In this document: positions 12,401 to 27,400 of the stretch, piece by piece | Position numbering within the stretch: the first letter of the stretch is position 1 | How the letters are laid out: the number at the start of each line of letters is the position of its first letter | Origin: Eledone cirrhosa | Lineage: Eukaryota | DNA: 64,000 nucleotides | Assembly (NCBI GenBank): GCA_964016885.1 | Contig: OZ024741.1 | Coordinates: 341,620,001 to 341,684,000 of the forward strand | Direction: 5' to 3' | Translations under genes and position numbers: made by a program | Notes under the pieces: model-generated | What the model was told of the DNA's origin: nothing | What the model saw: only the letters and a program-made list of their open reading frames with translations | Database searches by the model: none

Positions 12401-15400
12401 TGATACTAACCTACCCAAAATCAGCTAAACCACCAATTGATAATAACCTACCCAAAACCAGCTAAACCACCAATTGATAATAACCTACCCAAAACCAGCT
12501 AAACCACCAATTGATAATAACCTACCCAAAACCAGCTAAACCACCAATTGATACTAACCTACCCAAAACCAGCTAAACCACAAATTGATACTAACCTGCC
12601 CCAAACCAGCTAAACCACCAATTGATATTAACCTACCCAAAACCAGCTAAACGACCAATTGATACTAACCTACCCAAAACCAGCTAAACCACCAATTGAT
12701 ACTAACCTACCCAAAACCAGCTAAACGACCAATTGATACTAACCTACCCAAAACCAGCTAAATCACCAATTGATACTAACCTACCCAAAACCAGCTAAAC
12801 CACCAATTGATACTAACCTGCCCAAAACCAGCTAAATCACCAATTGAAACTAACCTGCCCAAAAGCAGCTAAACCACCAATTGATACTAACCTACCCAAA
12901 AGCAGCTAAACCACCAATTGATACTAATCTATCCAAAACCAGCTAAACCACCAATTGATACTAACCTACCCAAAACCAGCTAAACCACCAATTGATACTA
13001 ACCTACCCAAAACCAGCTAAACCACCAATTGATAATAACCTACCCAAAACCAGCTAAACCACCAATTGATACTAACCTACCCCAAACCAGCTAAACCACC
13101 AATTGATACTAACCTGCCCCAAACCAGCTAAATCACCAATTGATACTAACCTATCCAAAACCAGCTAAACCACCAATTGATACTAACATGCCCAAAACCA
13201 GCTAAACCACCAATTGATACTAACCTATCCAAAACCAGTTAAACCACCAATTGATACTAACCTACCCAAAACCAGCTAAACCACCCATTGATACTAACCT
13301 ACCCAAAACCAGCTAAACCACCAATTGATACTAACCTACCCAAAACCAGCTAAACCACCAATTGATACTAACCTACCCAAAATCAGCTAAACCACCAATT
13401 GATAATAACCTACCCAAAACCAGCTAAACCACCAATTGATACTAACCTACCCCAAACCAGCTAAACCATCAATTGATACTAACCTGCCCAAAACCAGCTA
13501 AATCACCAATTGATACTAACCTATCCAAAACCAGCTAAACCACCAATTGATATTAACCTACCCAAAACCAGCTAAACCACCAATTGATACTAACCTATCC
13601 AAAACCAGTTAAACCACTAATTGATACTAACCTACCCAAAACCAGCTAAACCACCAATTGATATTAACCTATCCATAACCAGTTAAACCACCAATTGATA
13701 CTAACCTACCCAAAACCAGCTAAACCACCAATTGATAATAACCTACCCAAAACCAGCTAAACCACCAATTTATATTAACCTACCCAAAACCAGCTAAACC
13801 ACCAATTGATATTAACCTACCCAAAACCAGCTAAACCACCAATTGATAATAACCTACCCAAAACCAGCTAAACCACCGATTGATACTAACCTACCCAAAA
13901 CCAGCTAAACCACCAATTGATACTAACCTACCCAAAACCAGCTAAACCACCAATTGATATTAACCTACCCAAAACCAGCTAAACCACCATATGATACTAA
14001 CCTACCCAAAACCAGCTAAACCACCAATTGATACTAACCTACCCAAAACCAGCTAAACCACCAATTGATACTAACCTGCCCAAAACCAGCTAAACCACCA
14101 ATTGATATTAACCTACCCAAAACCAGCTAAACCACCATATGATACAAACATACCCAAAACCAGCTAAACCACCAATTGATATTAACCTACCCAAAACCAG
14201 CTAAACCACCAATTGATACTAACCTACCCAAAATCAGCTAAACCACCAATTGATAATAACCTACCCAAAACCATCTAAACCACCAATTGATAATAACCTA
14301 CCCAAAACCAGCTAAACCACCAATTGATAATAACCTACCCAAAACCAGCTAAACGACCAATTGATACTAACCTACCCAAAACCAGCTAAACCACCAATTG
14401 ATACTAACCTACCCAAAACCAGCTAAACGACCAATTGATACTAACCTACCCAAAACCAGCTAAATCACCAATTGATACTAACCTACCCAAAACCAGCTAA
14501 ACCACCAATTGATACTAACCTGCCCAAAACCAGCTAAATCACCAATTGAAACTAACCTGCCCAAAAGCAGCTAAACCACCAATTGATACTAACCTACCCA
14601 AAAGCAGCTAAACCACCAATTGATACTAATCTACCCAAAACCAGCTAAACCAACAATTGATACTAACCTACCCCAAACCAGCTAAACCACCAATTGATAC
14701 TAACCTACCCAAAACCAGCTAAACCACCAATTGATAATAACCTACCCAAAACCAGCTAAACCACCAATTGATACTAACCTACCCCAAACCAGCTAAACCA
14801 CCAATTGATACTAACCTGCCCCAAACCAGCTAAATCACCAATTGATACTAACCTATCCAAAACCAGCTAAACCACCAATTGATACTAACATGCCCAAAAC
14901 CAGCTAAACCACCAATTGATACTAACCTATCCAAAACCAGTTAAACCACCAATTGATACTAACCTACCCAAAACCAGCTAAACCACCCATTGATACTAAC
15001 CTACCCAAAACCAGCTAAACCACCAATTGATACTAACCTACCCAAAATCAGCTAAACCACCAATTGATAATAACCTACCCAAAACCAGCTAAACCACCAA
15101 TTGATACTAACCTACCCCAAACCAGCTAAACCATCAATTGATACTAACCTGCCCAAAACCAGCTAAATCACCAATTGATACTAACCTATCCAAAACCAGC
15201 TAAACCACCAATTGATATTAACCTACCCAAAACCAGCTAAACCACCAATTGATACTAACCTATCCAAAACCAGTTAAACCACTAATTGATACTAACCTGC
15301 CCAAAAGCAGCTAAACCACCAATTGATACTAACATACCCAAAACCAGCTAAACCACCAATTGATACTAACCTGCCCAAAACCAGCTAAATCACCAATTGA

Positions 15401-18400
15401 AACTAACCTGCCCAAAAGCAGCTAAACCACCAATTGATACTAACATACCCAAAACCAGCTAAACCACCAATTGATACTAACATACCCAAAACCAGCTAAA
15501 CCACAAATTGATACTAACCTGCCCCAAACCAGCTAAACCACCAATTGATATTAACCTACCCAAAACCAGCTAAACGACCAATTGATACTAACCTACCCAA
15601 AACCAGCTAAACCACCAATTGATACTAACCTACCCAAAACCAGCTAAACGACCAATTGATACTAACCTACCCAAAACCAGCTAAATCACCAATTGATACT
15701 AACCTACCCAAAACCAGCTAAACCACCAATTGATACTAACCTGCCCAAAACCAGCTAAATCACCAATTGAAACTAACCTGCCCAAAAGCAGCTAAACCAC
15801 CAATTGATACTAACCTACCCAAAAGCAGCTAAACCACCAATTGATACTAATCTACCCAAAACCAGCTAAACCACCAATTGATACTAACCTACCCAAAACC
15901 AGCTAAACCACCAATTGATACTAACCTACCGAAAACCAGCTAAACCACCAATTGATAATAACCTACCCAAAACCAGCTAAACCACCAATTGATACTAACC
16001 TACCCCAAACCAGCTAAACCACCAATTGATACTAACCTGCCCCAAACCAGCTAAATCACCAATTGATACTAACCTATCCAAAACCAGCTAAACCACCAAT
16101 TGATACTAACATGCCCAAAACCAGCTAAACCACCAATTGATACTAACCTATCCAAAACCAGTTAAACCACCAATTGATACTAACCTACCCAAAACCAGCT
16201 AAACCACCCATTGATACTAACCTACCCAAAACCAGCTAAACCACCAATTGATACTAACCTACCCAAAACCAGCTAAACCACCAATTGATACTAACCTACC
16301 CAAAATCAGCTAAACCACCAATTGATAATAACCTACCCAAAACCAGCTAAACCACCAATTGATACTAACCTACCCCAAACCAGCTAAACCACCAATTGAT
16401 ACTAACCTGCCCAAAACCAGCTAAATCACCAGTTGATACTAACCTATCCAAAACCAGCTAAACCACCAATTGATATTAACCTACCCAAAACCAGCTAAAC
16501 CACCAATTGATACTAACCTATCCAAAACCAGTTAAACCACTAATTGATACTAACCTACCCAAAACCAGCTAAACCACCAATTGATATTAACCTATCCAAA
16601 ACCAGTTAAACCACCAATTGATACTAACCTACCCAAAACCAGCTAAACCACCAATTGATAATAACCTACCCAAAACCAGCTAAACCACCAATTGATATTA
16701 ACCTACCCAAAACCAGCTAAACCACCAATTGATATTAACCTACCCAAAACCAGCTAAACCACCAATTGATAATAACCTACCCAAAACCAGCTAAACCACC
16801 GATTGATACTAACCTACCCAAAACCAGCTAAACCACCAATTGATACTAACCTACCCAAAACCAGCTAAACCACCATATGATACTAACCTACCCAAAACCA
16901 GCTAAACCACCAATTGATACTAACCTACCCAAAACCAGCTAAACCACCAATTGATACTAACCTACCCAAAACCAGCTAAACCATCAATTGATACTAACCT
17001 ACCCAAAACTAGCTAAACCTCCAATTGATACTAACCTACCCAAAACCAGCTAAACGACCAATTGATACTAACCTACCCAAAACCAGCTAAACCACCAATT
17101 GATACTAACCTATCCAAAACCAGCTAAACCACCAATTGATACTAACCTACCCAAAACCAGCTAAACCACCAATTGATACTAACCTACCCAAAACCAGCTA
17201 AACCACCAATTGATACTAACCTGCCCAAAACCAGCTAAACCACCAATTGATATTAACCTACCCAAAACCAGCTAAACCACCATATGATACAAACATACCC
17301 AAAACCAGCTAAACCACCAATTGATATTAACCTACCCAAAACCAGCTAAACCACCAATTGATACTAACCTACCCAAAATCAGCTAAACCACCAATTGATA
17401 ATAACCTACCCAAAACCATCTAAACCACCAATTGATAATAACCTACCCAAAACCAGCTAAACCACCAATTGATAATAACCTACCCAAAACCAGCTAAACG
17501 ACCAATTGATACTAACCTACCCAAAACCAGCTAAACCACCAATTGATACTAACCTACCCAAAACCAGCTAAACGACCAATTGATACTAACCTACCCAAAA
17601 CCAGCTAAATCACCAATTGATACTAACCTACCCAAAACCAGCTAAACCACCAATTGATACTAACCTGCCCAAAACCAGCTAAATCACCAATTGAAACTAA
17701 CCTGCCCAAAAGCAGCTAAACCACCAATTGATACTAACCTACCCAAAAGCAGCTAAACCACCAATTGATACTAATCTACCCAAAACCAGCTAAACCAACA
17801 ATTGATACTAACCTACCCCAAACCAGCTAAACCACCAATTGATACTAACCTACCCAAAACCAGCTAAACCACCAATTGATAATAACCTACCCAAAACCAG
17901 CTAAACCACCAATTGATACTAACCTACCCCAAACCAGCTAAACCACCAATTGATACTAACCTGCCCCAAACCAGCTAAATCACCAATTGATACTAACCTA
18001 TCCAAAACCAGCTAAACCACCAATTGATACTAACATGCCCAAAACCAGCTAAACCACCAATTGATACTAACCTATCCAAAACCAGTTAAACCACCAATTG
18101 ATACTAACCTACCCAAAACCAGCTAAACCACCCATTGATACTAACCTACCCAAAACCAGCTAAACCACCAATTGATACTAACCTACCCAAAACCAGCTAA
18201 ACCACCAATTGATAATAACCTACCCAAAACCAGCTAAACCACCAATTGATACTAACCTACCCCAAACCAGCTAAACCATCAATTGATACTAACCTGCCCA
18301 AAACCAGCTAAATCACCAATTGATACTAACCTATCCAAAACCAGCTAAACCACCAATTGATATTAACCTACCCAAAACCAGCTAAACCACCAATTGATAC

Positions 18401-21400
18401 TAACCTATCCAAAACCAGTTAAACCACTAATTGATACTAACCTACCCAAAACCAGCTAAACCACCAATTGATATTAACCTATCCAAAACCAGTTAAACCA
18501 CCAATTGATACTAACCTACCCAAAACCAGCTAAACCACCAATTGATACTAATCTACCCAAAACCAGCTAAACCAACAATTGATACTAACCTACCCCAAAC
18601 CAGCTAAACCACCAATTGATACTAACCTACCCAAAACCAGCTAAACCACCAATTGATACTAACCTACCCAAAACCAGCTAAACCACCAATTGATACTAAC
18701 CTGCCCAAAACCAGCTAAATCACCAATTGAAACTAACCTGCCCAAAAGCAGCTAAACCACCAATTGATACTAACCTACCCAAAAGCAGCTAAACCACCAA
18801 TTGATACTAATCTACCCAAAACCAGCTAAACCAACAATTGATACTAACCTACCCCAAACCAGCTAAACCACCAATTGATACTAACCTACCCAAAACCAGC
18901 TAAACCACCAATTGATAATAACCTACCCAAAACCAGCTAAACCACCAATTGATACTAACCTACCCCAAACCAGCTAAACCACCAATTGATACTAACCTGC
19001 CCCAAACCAGCTAAATCACCAATTGATACTAACCTATCCAAAACCAGCTAAACCACCAATTGATACTAACATGCCCAAAACCAGCTAAACCACCAATTGA
19101 TACTAACCTATCCAAAACCAGTTAAACCACCAATTGATACTAACCTACCCAAAACCAGCTAAACCACCCATTGATACTAACCTACCCAAAACCAGCTAAA
19201 CCACCAATTGATACTAACCTACCCAAAACCAGCTAAACCACCAATTGATAATAACCTACCCAAAACCAGCTAAACCACCAATTGATACTAACCTACCCCA
19301 AACCAGCTAAACCATCAATTGATACTAACCTGCCCAAAACCAGCTAAATCACCAATTGATACTAACCTATCCAAAACCAGCTAAACCACCAATTGATATT
19401 AACCTACCCAAAACCAGCTAAACCACCAATTGATACTAACCTATCCAAAACCAGTTAAACCACTAATTGATACTAACCTACCCAAAACCAGCTAAACCAC
19501 CAATTGATATTAACCTATCCAAAACCAGTTAAACCACCAATTGATACTAACCTACCCAAAACCAGCTAAACCACCAATTGATACTAACCTGCCCAAAACC
19601 AGCTAAACCACCAATTGATATTAACCTACCCAAAACCAGCTAAACCACCATATGATACAAACATACCCAAAACCAGCTAAACCACCAATTGATATTAACC
19701 TACCCAAAACCAGCTAAACCACCAATTGATACTAACCTACCCAAAATCAGCTAAACCACCAATTGATAATAACCTACCCAAAACCATCTAAACCACCAAT
19801 TGATAATAACCTACCCAAAACCAGCTAAACCACCAATTGATAATAACCTACCCAAAACCAGCTAAACGACCAATTGATACTAACCTACCCAAAACCAGCT
19901 AAACCACCAATTGATACTAACCTACCCAAAACCAGCTAAACGACCAATTGATACTAACCTACCCAAAACCAGCTAAATCACCAATTGATACTAACCTACC
20001 CAAAACCAGCTAAACCACCAATTGATACTAACCTGCCCAAAACCAGCTAAATCACCAATTGAAACTAACCTGCCCAAAAGCAGCTAAACCACCAATTGAT
20101 ACTAACCTACCCAAAAGCAGCTAAACCACCAATTGATACTAATCTACCCAAAACCAGCTAAACCAACAATTGATACTAACCTACCCCAAACCAGCTAAAC
20201 CACCAATTGATACTAACCTACCCAAAACCAGCTAAACCACCAATTGATAATAACCTACCCAAAACCAGCTAAACCACCAATTGATACTAACCTACCCCAA
20301 ACCAGCTAAACCACCAATTGATACTAACCTGCCCCAAACCAGCTAAATCACCAATTGATACTAACCTATCCAAAACCAGCTAAACCACCAATTGATACTA
20401 ACATGCCCAAAACCAGCTAAACCACCAATTGATACTAACCTATCCAAAACCAGTTAAACCACCAATTGATACTAACCTACCCAAAACCAGCTAAACCACC
20501 CATTGATACTAACCTACCCAAAACCAGCTAAACCACCAATTGATACTAACCTACCCAAAACCAGCTAAACCACCAATTGATAATAACCTACCCAAAACCA
20601 GCTAAACCACCAATTGATACTAACCTACCCCAAACCAGCTAAACCATCAATTGATACTAACCTGCCCAAAACCAGCTAAATCACCAATTGATACTAACCT
20701 ATCCAAAACCAGCTAAACCACCAATTGATATTAACCTACCCAAAACCAGCTAAACCACCAATTGATACTAACCTATCCAAAACCAGTTAAACCACTAATT
20801 GATACTAACCTACCCAAAACCAGCTAAACCACCAATTGATATTAACCTATCCAAAACCAGTTAAACCACCAATTGATACTAACCTACCCAAAACCAGCTA
20901 AACCACCAATTGATAATAACCTACCCAAAACCAGCTAAACCACCAATTTATATTAACCTACCCAAAACCAGCTAAACCACCAATTGATATTAACCTACCC
21001 AAAACCAGCTAAACCACCAATTGATAATAACCTACCCAAAACCAGCTAAACCACCAATTGATACTAACCTACCCCAAACCAGCTAAACCATCAATTGATA
21101 CTAACCTGCCCAAAACCAGCTAAATCACCAATTGATACTAACCTACCCAAAACCAGCTAAACCACCAATTGATACTAACCTGCCCAAAACCAGCTAAATC
21201 ACCAATTGAAACTAACCTGCCCAAAAGCAGCTAAACCACCAATTGATACTAACCTACCCAAAAGCAGCTAAACCACCAATTGATACTAATCTACCCAAAA
21301 CCAGCTAAACCACCAATTGATACTAACCTACCCAAAACCAGCTAAACCACCAATTGATACTAACCTACCGAAAACCAGCTAAACCACCAATTGATAATAA

Positions 21401-24400
21401 CCTACCCAAAACCAGCTAAACCACCAATTGATACTAACCTACCCCAAACCAGCTAAACCACCAATTGATACTAACCTGCCCCAAACCAGCTAAATCACCA
21501 ATTGATACTAACCTATCCAAAACCAGCTAAACCACCAATTGATACTAACATGCCCAAAACCAGCTAAACCACCAATTGATACTAACCTATCCAAAACCAG
21601 TTAAACCACCAATTGATACTAACCTACCCAAAACCAGCTAAACCACCCATTGATACTAACCTACCCAAAACCAGCTAAACCACCAATTGATACTAACCTA
21701 CCCAAAACCAGCTAAACCACCAATTGATACTAACCTACCCAAAATCAGCTAAACCACCAATTGATAATAACCTACCCAAAACCAGCTAAACCACCAATTG
21801 ATACTAACCTACCCCAAACCAGCTAAACCACCAATTGATACTAACCTGCCCAAAACCAGCTAAATCACCAGTTGATACTAACCTATCCAAAACCAGCTAA
21901 ACCACCAATTGATATTAACCTACCCAAAACCAGCTAAACCACCAATTGATACTAACCTATCCAAAACCAGTTAAACCACTAATTGATACTAACCTACCCA
22001 AAACCAGCTAAACCACCAATTGATATTAACCTATCCAAAACCAGTTAAACCACCAATTGATACTAACCTACCCAAAACCAGCTAAACCACCAATTGATAA
22101 TAACCTACCCAAAACCAGCTAAACCACCAATTGATATTAACCTACCCAAAACCAGCTAAACCACCAATTGATATTAACCTACCCAAAACCAGCTAAACCA
22201 CCAATTGATAATAACCTACCCAAAACCAGCTAAACCACCGATTGATACTAACCTACCCAAAACCAGCTAAACCACCAATTGATACTAACCTACCCAAAAC
22301 CAGCTAAACCACCATATGATACTAACCTACCCAAAACCAGCTAAACCACCAATTGATACTAACCTACCCAAAACCAGCTAAACCACCAATTGATACTAAC
22401 CTACCCAAAACCAGCTAAACCATCAATTGATACTAACCTACCCAAAACTAGCTAAACCTCCAATTGATACTAACCTACCCAAAACCAGCTAAACGACCAA
22501 TTGATACTAACCTACCCAAAACCAGCTAAACCACCAATTGATACTAACCTATCCAAAACCAGCTAAACCACCAATTGATACTAACCTACCCAAAACCAGC
22601 TAAACCACCAATTGATACTAACCTACCCAAAACCAGCTAAACCACCAATTGATACTAACCTGCCCAAAACCAGCTAAACCACCAATTGATATTAACCTAC
22701 CCAAAACCAGCTAAACCACCATATGATACAAACATACCCAAAACCAGCTAAACCACCAATTGATATTAACCTACCCAAAACCAGCTAAACCACCAATTGA
22801 TACTAACCTACCCAAAATCAGCTAAACCACCAATTGATAATAACCTACCCAAAACCATCTAAACCACCAATTGATAATAACCTACCCAAAACCAGCTAAA
22901 CCACCAATTGATAATAACCTACCCAAAACCAGCTAAACGACCAATTGATACTAACCTACCCAAAACCAGCTAAACCACCAATTGATACTAACCTACCCAA
23001 AACCAGCTAAACGACCAATTGATACTAACCTACCCAAAACCAGCTAAATCACCAATTGATACTAACCTACCCAAAACCAGCTAAACCACCAATTGATACT
23101 AACCTGCCCAAAACCAGCTAAATCACCAATTGAAACTAACCTGCCCAAAAGCAGCTAAACCACCAATTGATACTAACCTACCCAAAAGCAGCTAAACCAC
23201 CAATTGATACTAATCTACCCAAAACCAGCTAAACCAACAATTGATACTAACCTACCCCAAACCAGCTAAACCACCAATTGATACTAACCTACCCAAAACC
23301 AGCTAAACCACCAATTGATAATAACCTACCCAAAACCAGCTAAACCACCAATTGATACTAACCTACCCCAAACCAGCTAAACCACCAATTGATACTAACC
23401 TGCCCCAAACCAGCTAAATCACCAATTGATACTAACCTATCCAAAACCAGCTAAACCACCAATTGATACTAACATGCCCAAAACCAGCTAAACCACCAAT
23501 TGATACTAACCTATCCAAAACCAGTTAAACCACCAATTGATACTAACCTACCCAAAACCAGCTAAACCACCCATTGATACTAACCTACCCAAAACCAGCT
23601 AAACCACCAATTGATACTAACCTACCCAAAACCAGCTAAACCACCAATTGATACTAACCTACCCAAAATCAGCTAAACCACCAATTGATAATAACCTACC
23701 CAAAACCAGCTAAACCACCAATTGATACTAACCTACCCCAAACCAGCTAAACCATCAATTGATACTAACCTGCCCAAAACCAGCTAAATCACCAATTGAT
23801 ACTAACCTATCCAAAACCAGCTAAACCACCAATTGATATTAACCTACCCAAAACCAGCTAAACCACCAATTGATACTAACCTATCCAAAACCAGTTAAAC
23901 CACTAATTGATACTAACCTACCCAAAACCAGCTAAACCACCAATTGATATTAACCTATCCAAAACCAGTTAAACCACCAATTGATACTAACCTACCCAAA
24001 ACCAGCTAAACCACCAATTGATAATAACCTACCCAAAACCAGCTAAACCACCAATTTATATTAACCTACCCAAAACCAGCTAAACCACCAATTGATATTA
24101 ACCTACCCAAAACCAGCTAAACCACCAATTGATAATAACCTACCCAAAACCAGCTAAACCACCGATTGATACTAACCTACCCAAAACCAGCTAAACCACC
24201 AATTGATACTAACCTACCCAAAACCAGCTAAACCACCAATTGATATTAACCTATCCAAAACCAGCTAAACCACCATATGATACTAACCTACCCAAAACCA
24301 GCTAAACCACAAATTGATACTAACCTGCCCCAAACCAGCTAAACCACCAATTGATATTAACCTACCCAAAACCAGCTAAACGACCAATTGATACTAACCT

Positions 24401-27400
24401 ACCCAAAACCAGCTAAACCACCAATTGATACTAACCTACCCAAAACCAGCTAAACGACCAATTGATACTAACCTACCCAAAACCAGCTAAATCACCAATT
24501 GATACTAACCTACCCAAAACCAGCTAAACCACCAATTGATACTAACCTGCCCAAAACCAGCTAAATCACCAATTGAAACTAACCTGCCCAAAAGCAGCTA
24601 AACCACCAATTGATACTAACCTACCCAAAAGCAGCTAAACCACCAATTGATACTAATCTACCCAAAACCAGCTAAACCACCAATTGATACTAACCTACCC
24701 AAAACCAGCTAAACCACCAATTGATACTAACCTACCGAAAACCAGCTAAACCACCAATTGATAATAACCTACCCAAAACCAGCTAAACCACCAATTGATA
24801 CTAACCTACCCCAAACCAGCTAAACCACCAATTGATACTAACCTGCCCCAAACCAGCTAAATCACCAATTGATACTAACCTATCCAAAACCAGCTAAACC
24901 ACCAATTGATACTAACATGCCCAAAACCAGCTAAACCACCAATTGATACTAACCTATCCAAAACCAGTTAAACCACCAATTGATACTAACCTACCCAAAA
25001 CCAGCTAAACCACCCATTGATACTAACCTACCCAAAACCAGCTAAACCACCAATTGATACTAACCTACCCAAAACCAGCTAAACCACCAATTGATACTAA
25101 CCTACCCAAAATCAGCTAAACCACCAATTGATAATAACCTACCCAAAACCAGCTAAACCACCAATTGATACTAACCTACCCCAAACCAGCTAAACCACCA
25201 ATTGATACTAACCTGCCCAAAACCAGCTAAATCACCAGTTGATACTAACCTATCCAAAACCAGCTAAACCACCAATTGATATTAACCTACCCAAAACCAG
25301 CTAAACCACCAATTGATACTAACCTATCCAAAACCAGTTAAACCACTAATTGATACTAACCTACCCCAAACCAGCTAAACCACCAATTGATATTAACCTA
25401 TCCAAAACCAGTTAAACCACCAATTGATACTAACCTACCCAAAACCAGCTAAACCACCAATTGATAATAACCTACCCAAAACCAGCTAAACCACCAATTG
25501 ATATTAACCTACCCAAAACCAGCTAAACCACCAATTGATATTAACCTACCCAAAACCAGCTAAACCACCAATTGATAATAACCTACCCAAAACCAGCTAA
25601 ACCACCGATTGATACTAACCTACCCAAAACCAGCTAAACCACCAATTGATACTAACCTACCCAAAACCAGCTAAACCACCATATGATACTAACCTACCCA
25701 AAACCAGCTAAACCACCAATTGATACTAACCTACCCAAAACCAGCTAAACCACCAATTGATACTAACCTACCCAAAACCAGCTAAACCATCAATTGATAC
25801 TAACCTACCCAAAACTAGCTAAACCTCCAATTGATACTAACCTACCCAAAACCAGCTAAACGACCAATTGATACTAACCTACCCAAAACCAGCTAAACCA
25901 CCAATTGATACTAACCTATCCAAAACCAGCTAAACCACCAATTTATACTAACCTACCCAAAACCAGCTAAACCACCAATTGATACTAACCTACCCAAAAC
26001 CAGCTAAACCACCAATTGATACTAACCTGCCCAAAACCAGCTAAACCACCAATTGATATTAACCTACCCAAAACCAGCTAAACCACCATATGATACAAAC
26101 ATACCCAAAACCAGCTAAACCACCAATTGATATTAACCTACCCAAAACCAGCTAAACCACCAATTGATACTAACCTACCCAAAATCAGCTAAACCACCAA
26201 TTGATAATAACCTACCCAAAACCAGCTAAACCACCAATTGATAATAACCTACCCAAAACCAGCTAAACCACCAATTGATAATAACCTACCCAAAACCAGC
26301 TAAACCACCAATTGATACTAACCTACCCAAAACCAGCTAAACCACAAATTGATACTAACCTGCCCCAAACCAGCTAAACCACCAATTGATATTAACCTAC
26401 CCAAAACCAGCTAAACGACCAATTGATACTAACCTACCCAAAACCAGCTAAACCACCAATTGATACTAACCTACCCAAAACCAGCTAAACGACCAATTGA
26501 TACTAACCTACCCAAAACCAGCTAAATCACCAATTGATACTAACCTACCCAAAACCAGCTAAACCACCAATTGATACTAACCTGCCCAAAACCAGCTAAA
26601 TCACCAATTGAAACTAACCTGCCCAAAAGCAGCTAAACCACCAATTGATACTAACCTACCCAAAAGCAGCTAAACCACCAATTGATACTAATCTATCCAA
26701 AACCAGCTAAACCACCAATTGATACTAACCTACCCAAAACCAGCTAAACCACCAATTGATACTAACCTACCCAAAACCAGCTAAACCACCAATTGATAAT
26801 AACCTACCCAAAACCAGCTAAACCACCAATTGATACTAACCTACCCCAAACCAGCTAAACCACCAATTGATACTAACCTGCCCCAAACCAGCTAAATCAC
26901 CAATTGATACTAACCTATCCAAAACCAGCTAAACCACCAATTGATACTAACATGCCCAAAACCAGCTAAACCACCAATTGATACTAACCTATCCAAAACC
27001 AGTTAAACCACCAATTGATACTAACCTACCCAAAACCAGCTAAACCACCCATTGATACTAACCTACCCAAAACCAGCTAAACCACCAATTGATACTAACC
27101 TACCCAAAACCAGCTAAACCACCAATTGATACTAACCTACCCAAAATCAGCTAAACCACCAATTGATAATAACCTACCCAAAACCAGCTAAACCACCAAT
27201 TGATACTAACCTACCCCAAACCAGCTAAACCATCAATTGATACTAACCTGCCCAAAACCAGCTAAATCACCAATTGATACTAACCTATCCAAAACCAGCT
27301 AAACCACCAATTGATATTAACCTACCCAAAACCAGCTAAACCACCAATTGATACTAACCTATCCAAAACCAGTTAAACCACTAATTGATACTAACCTACC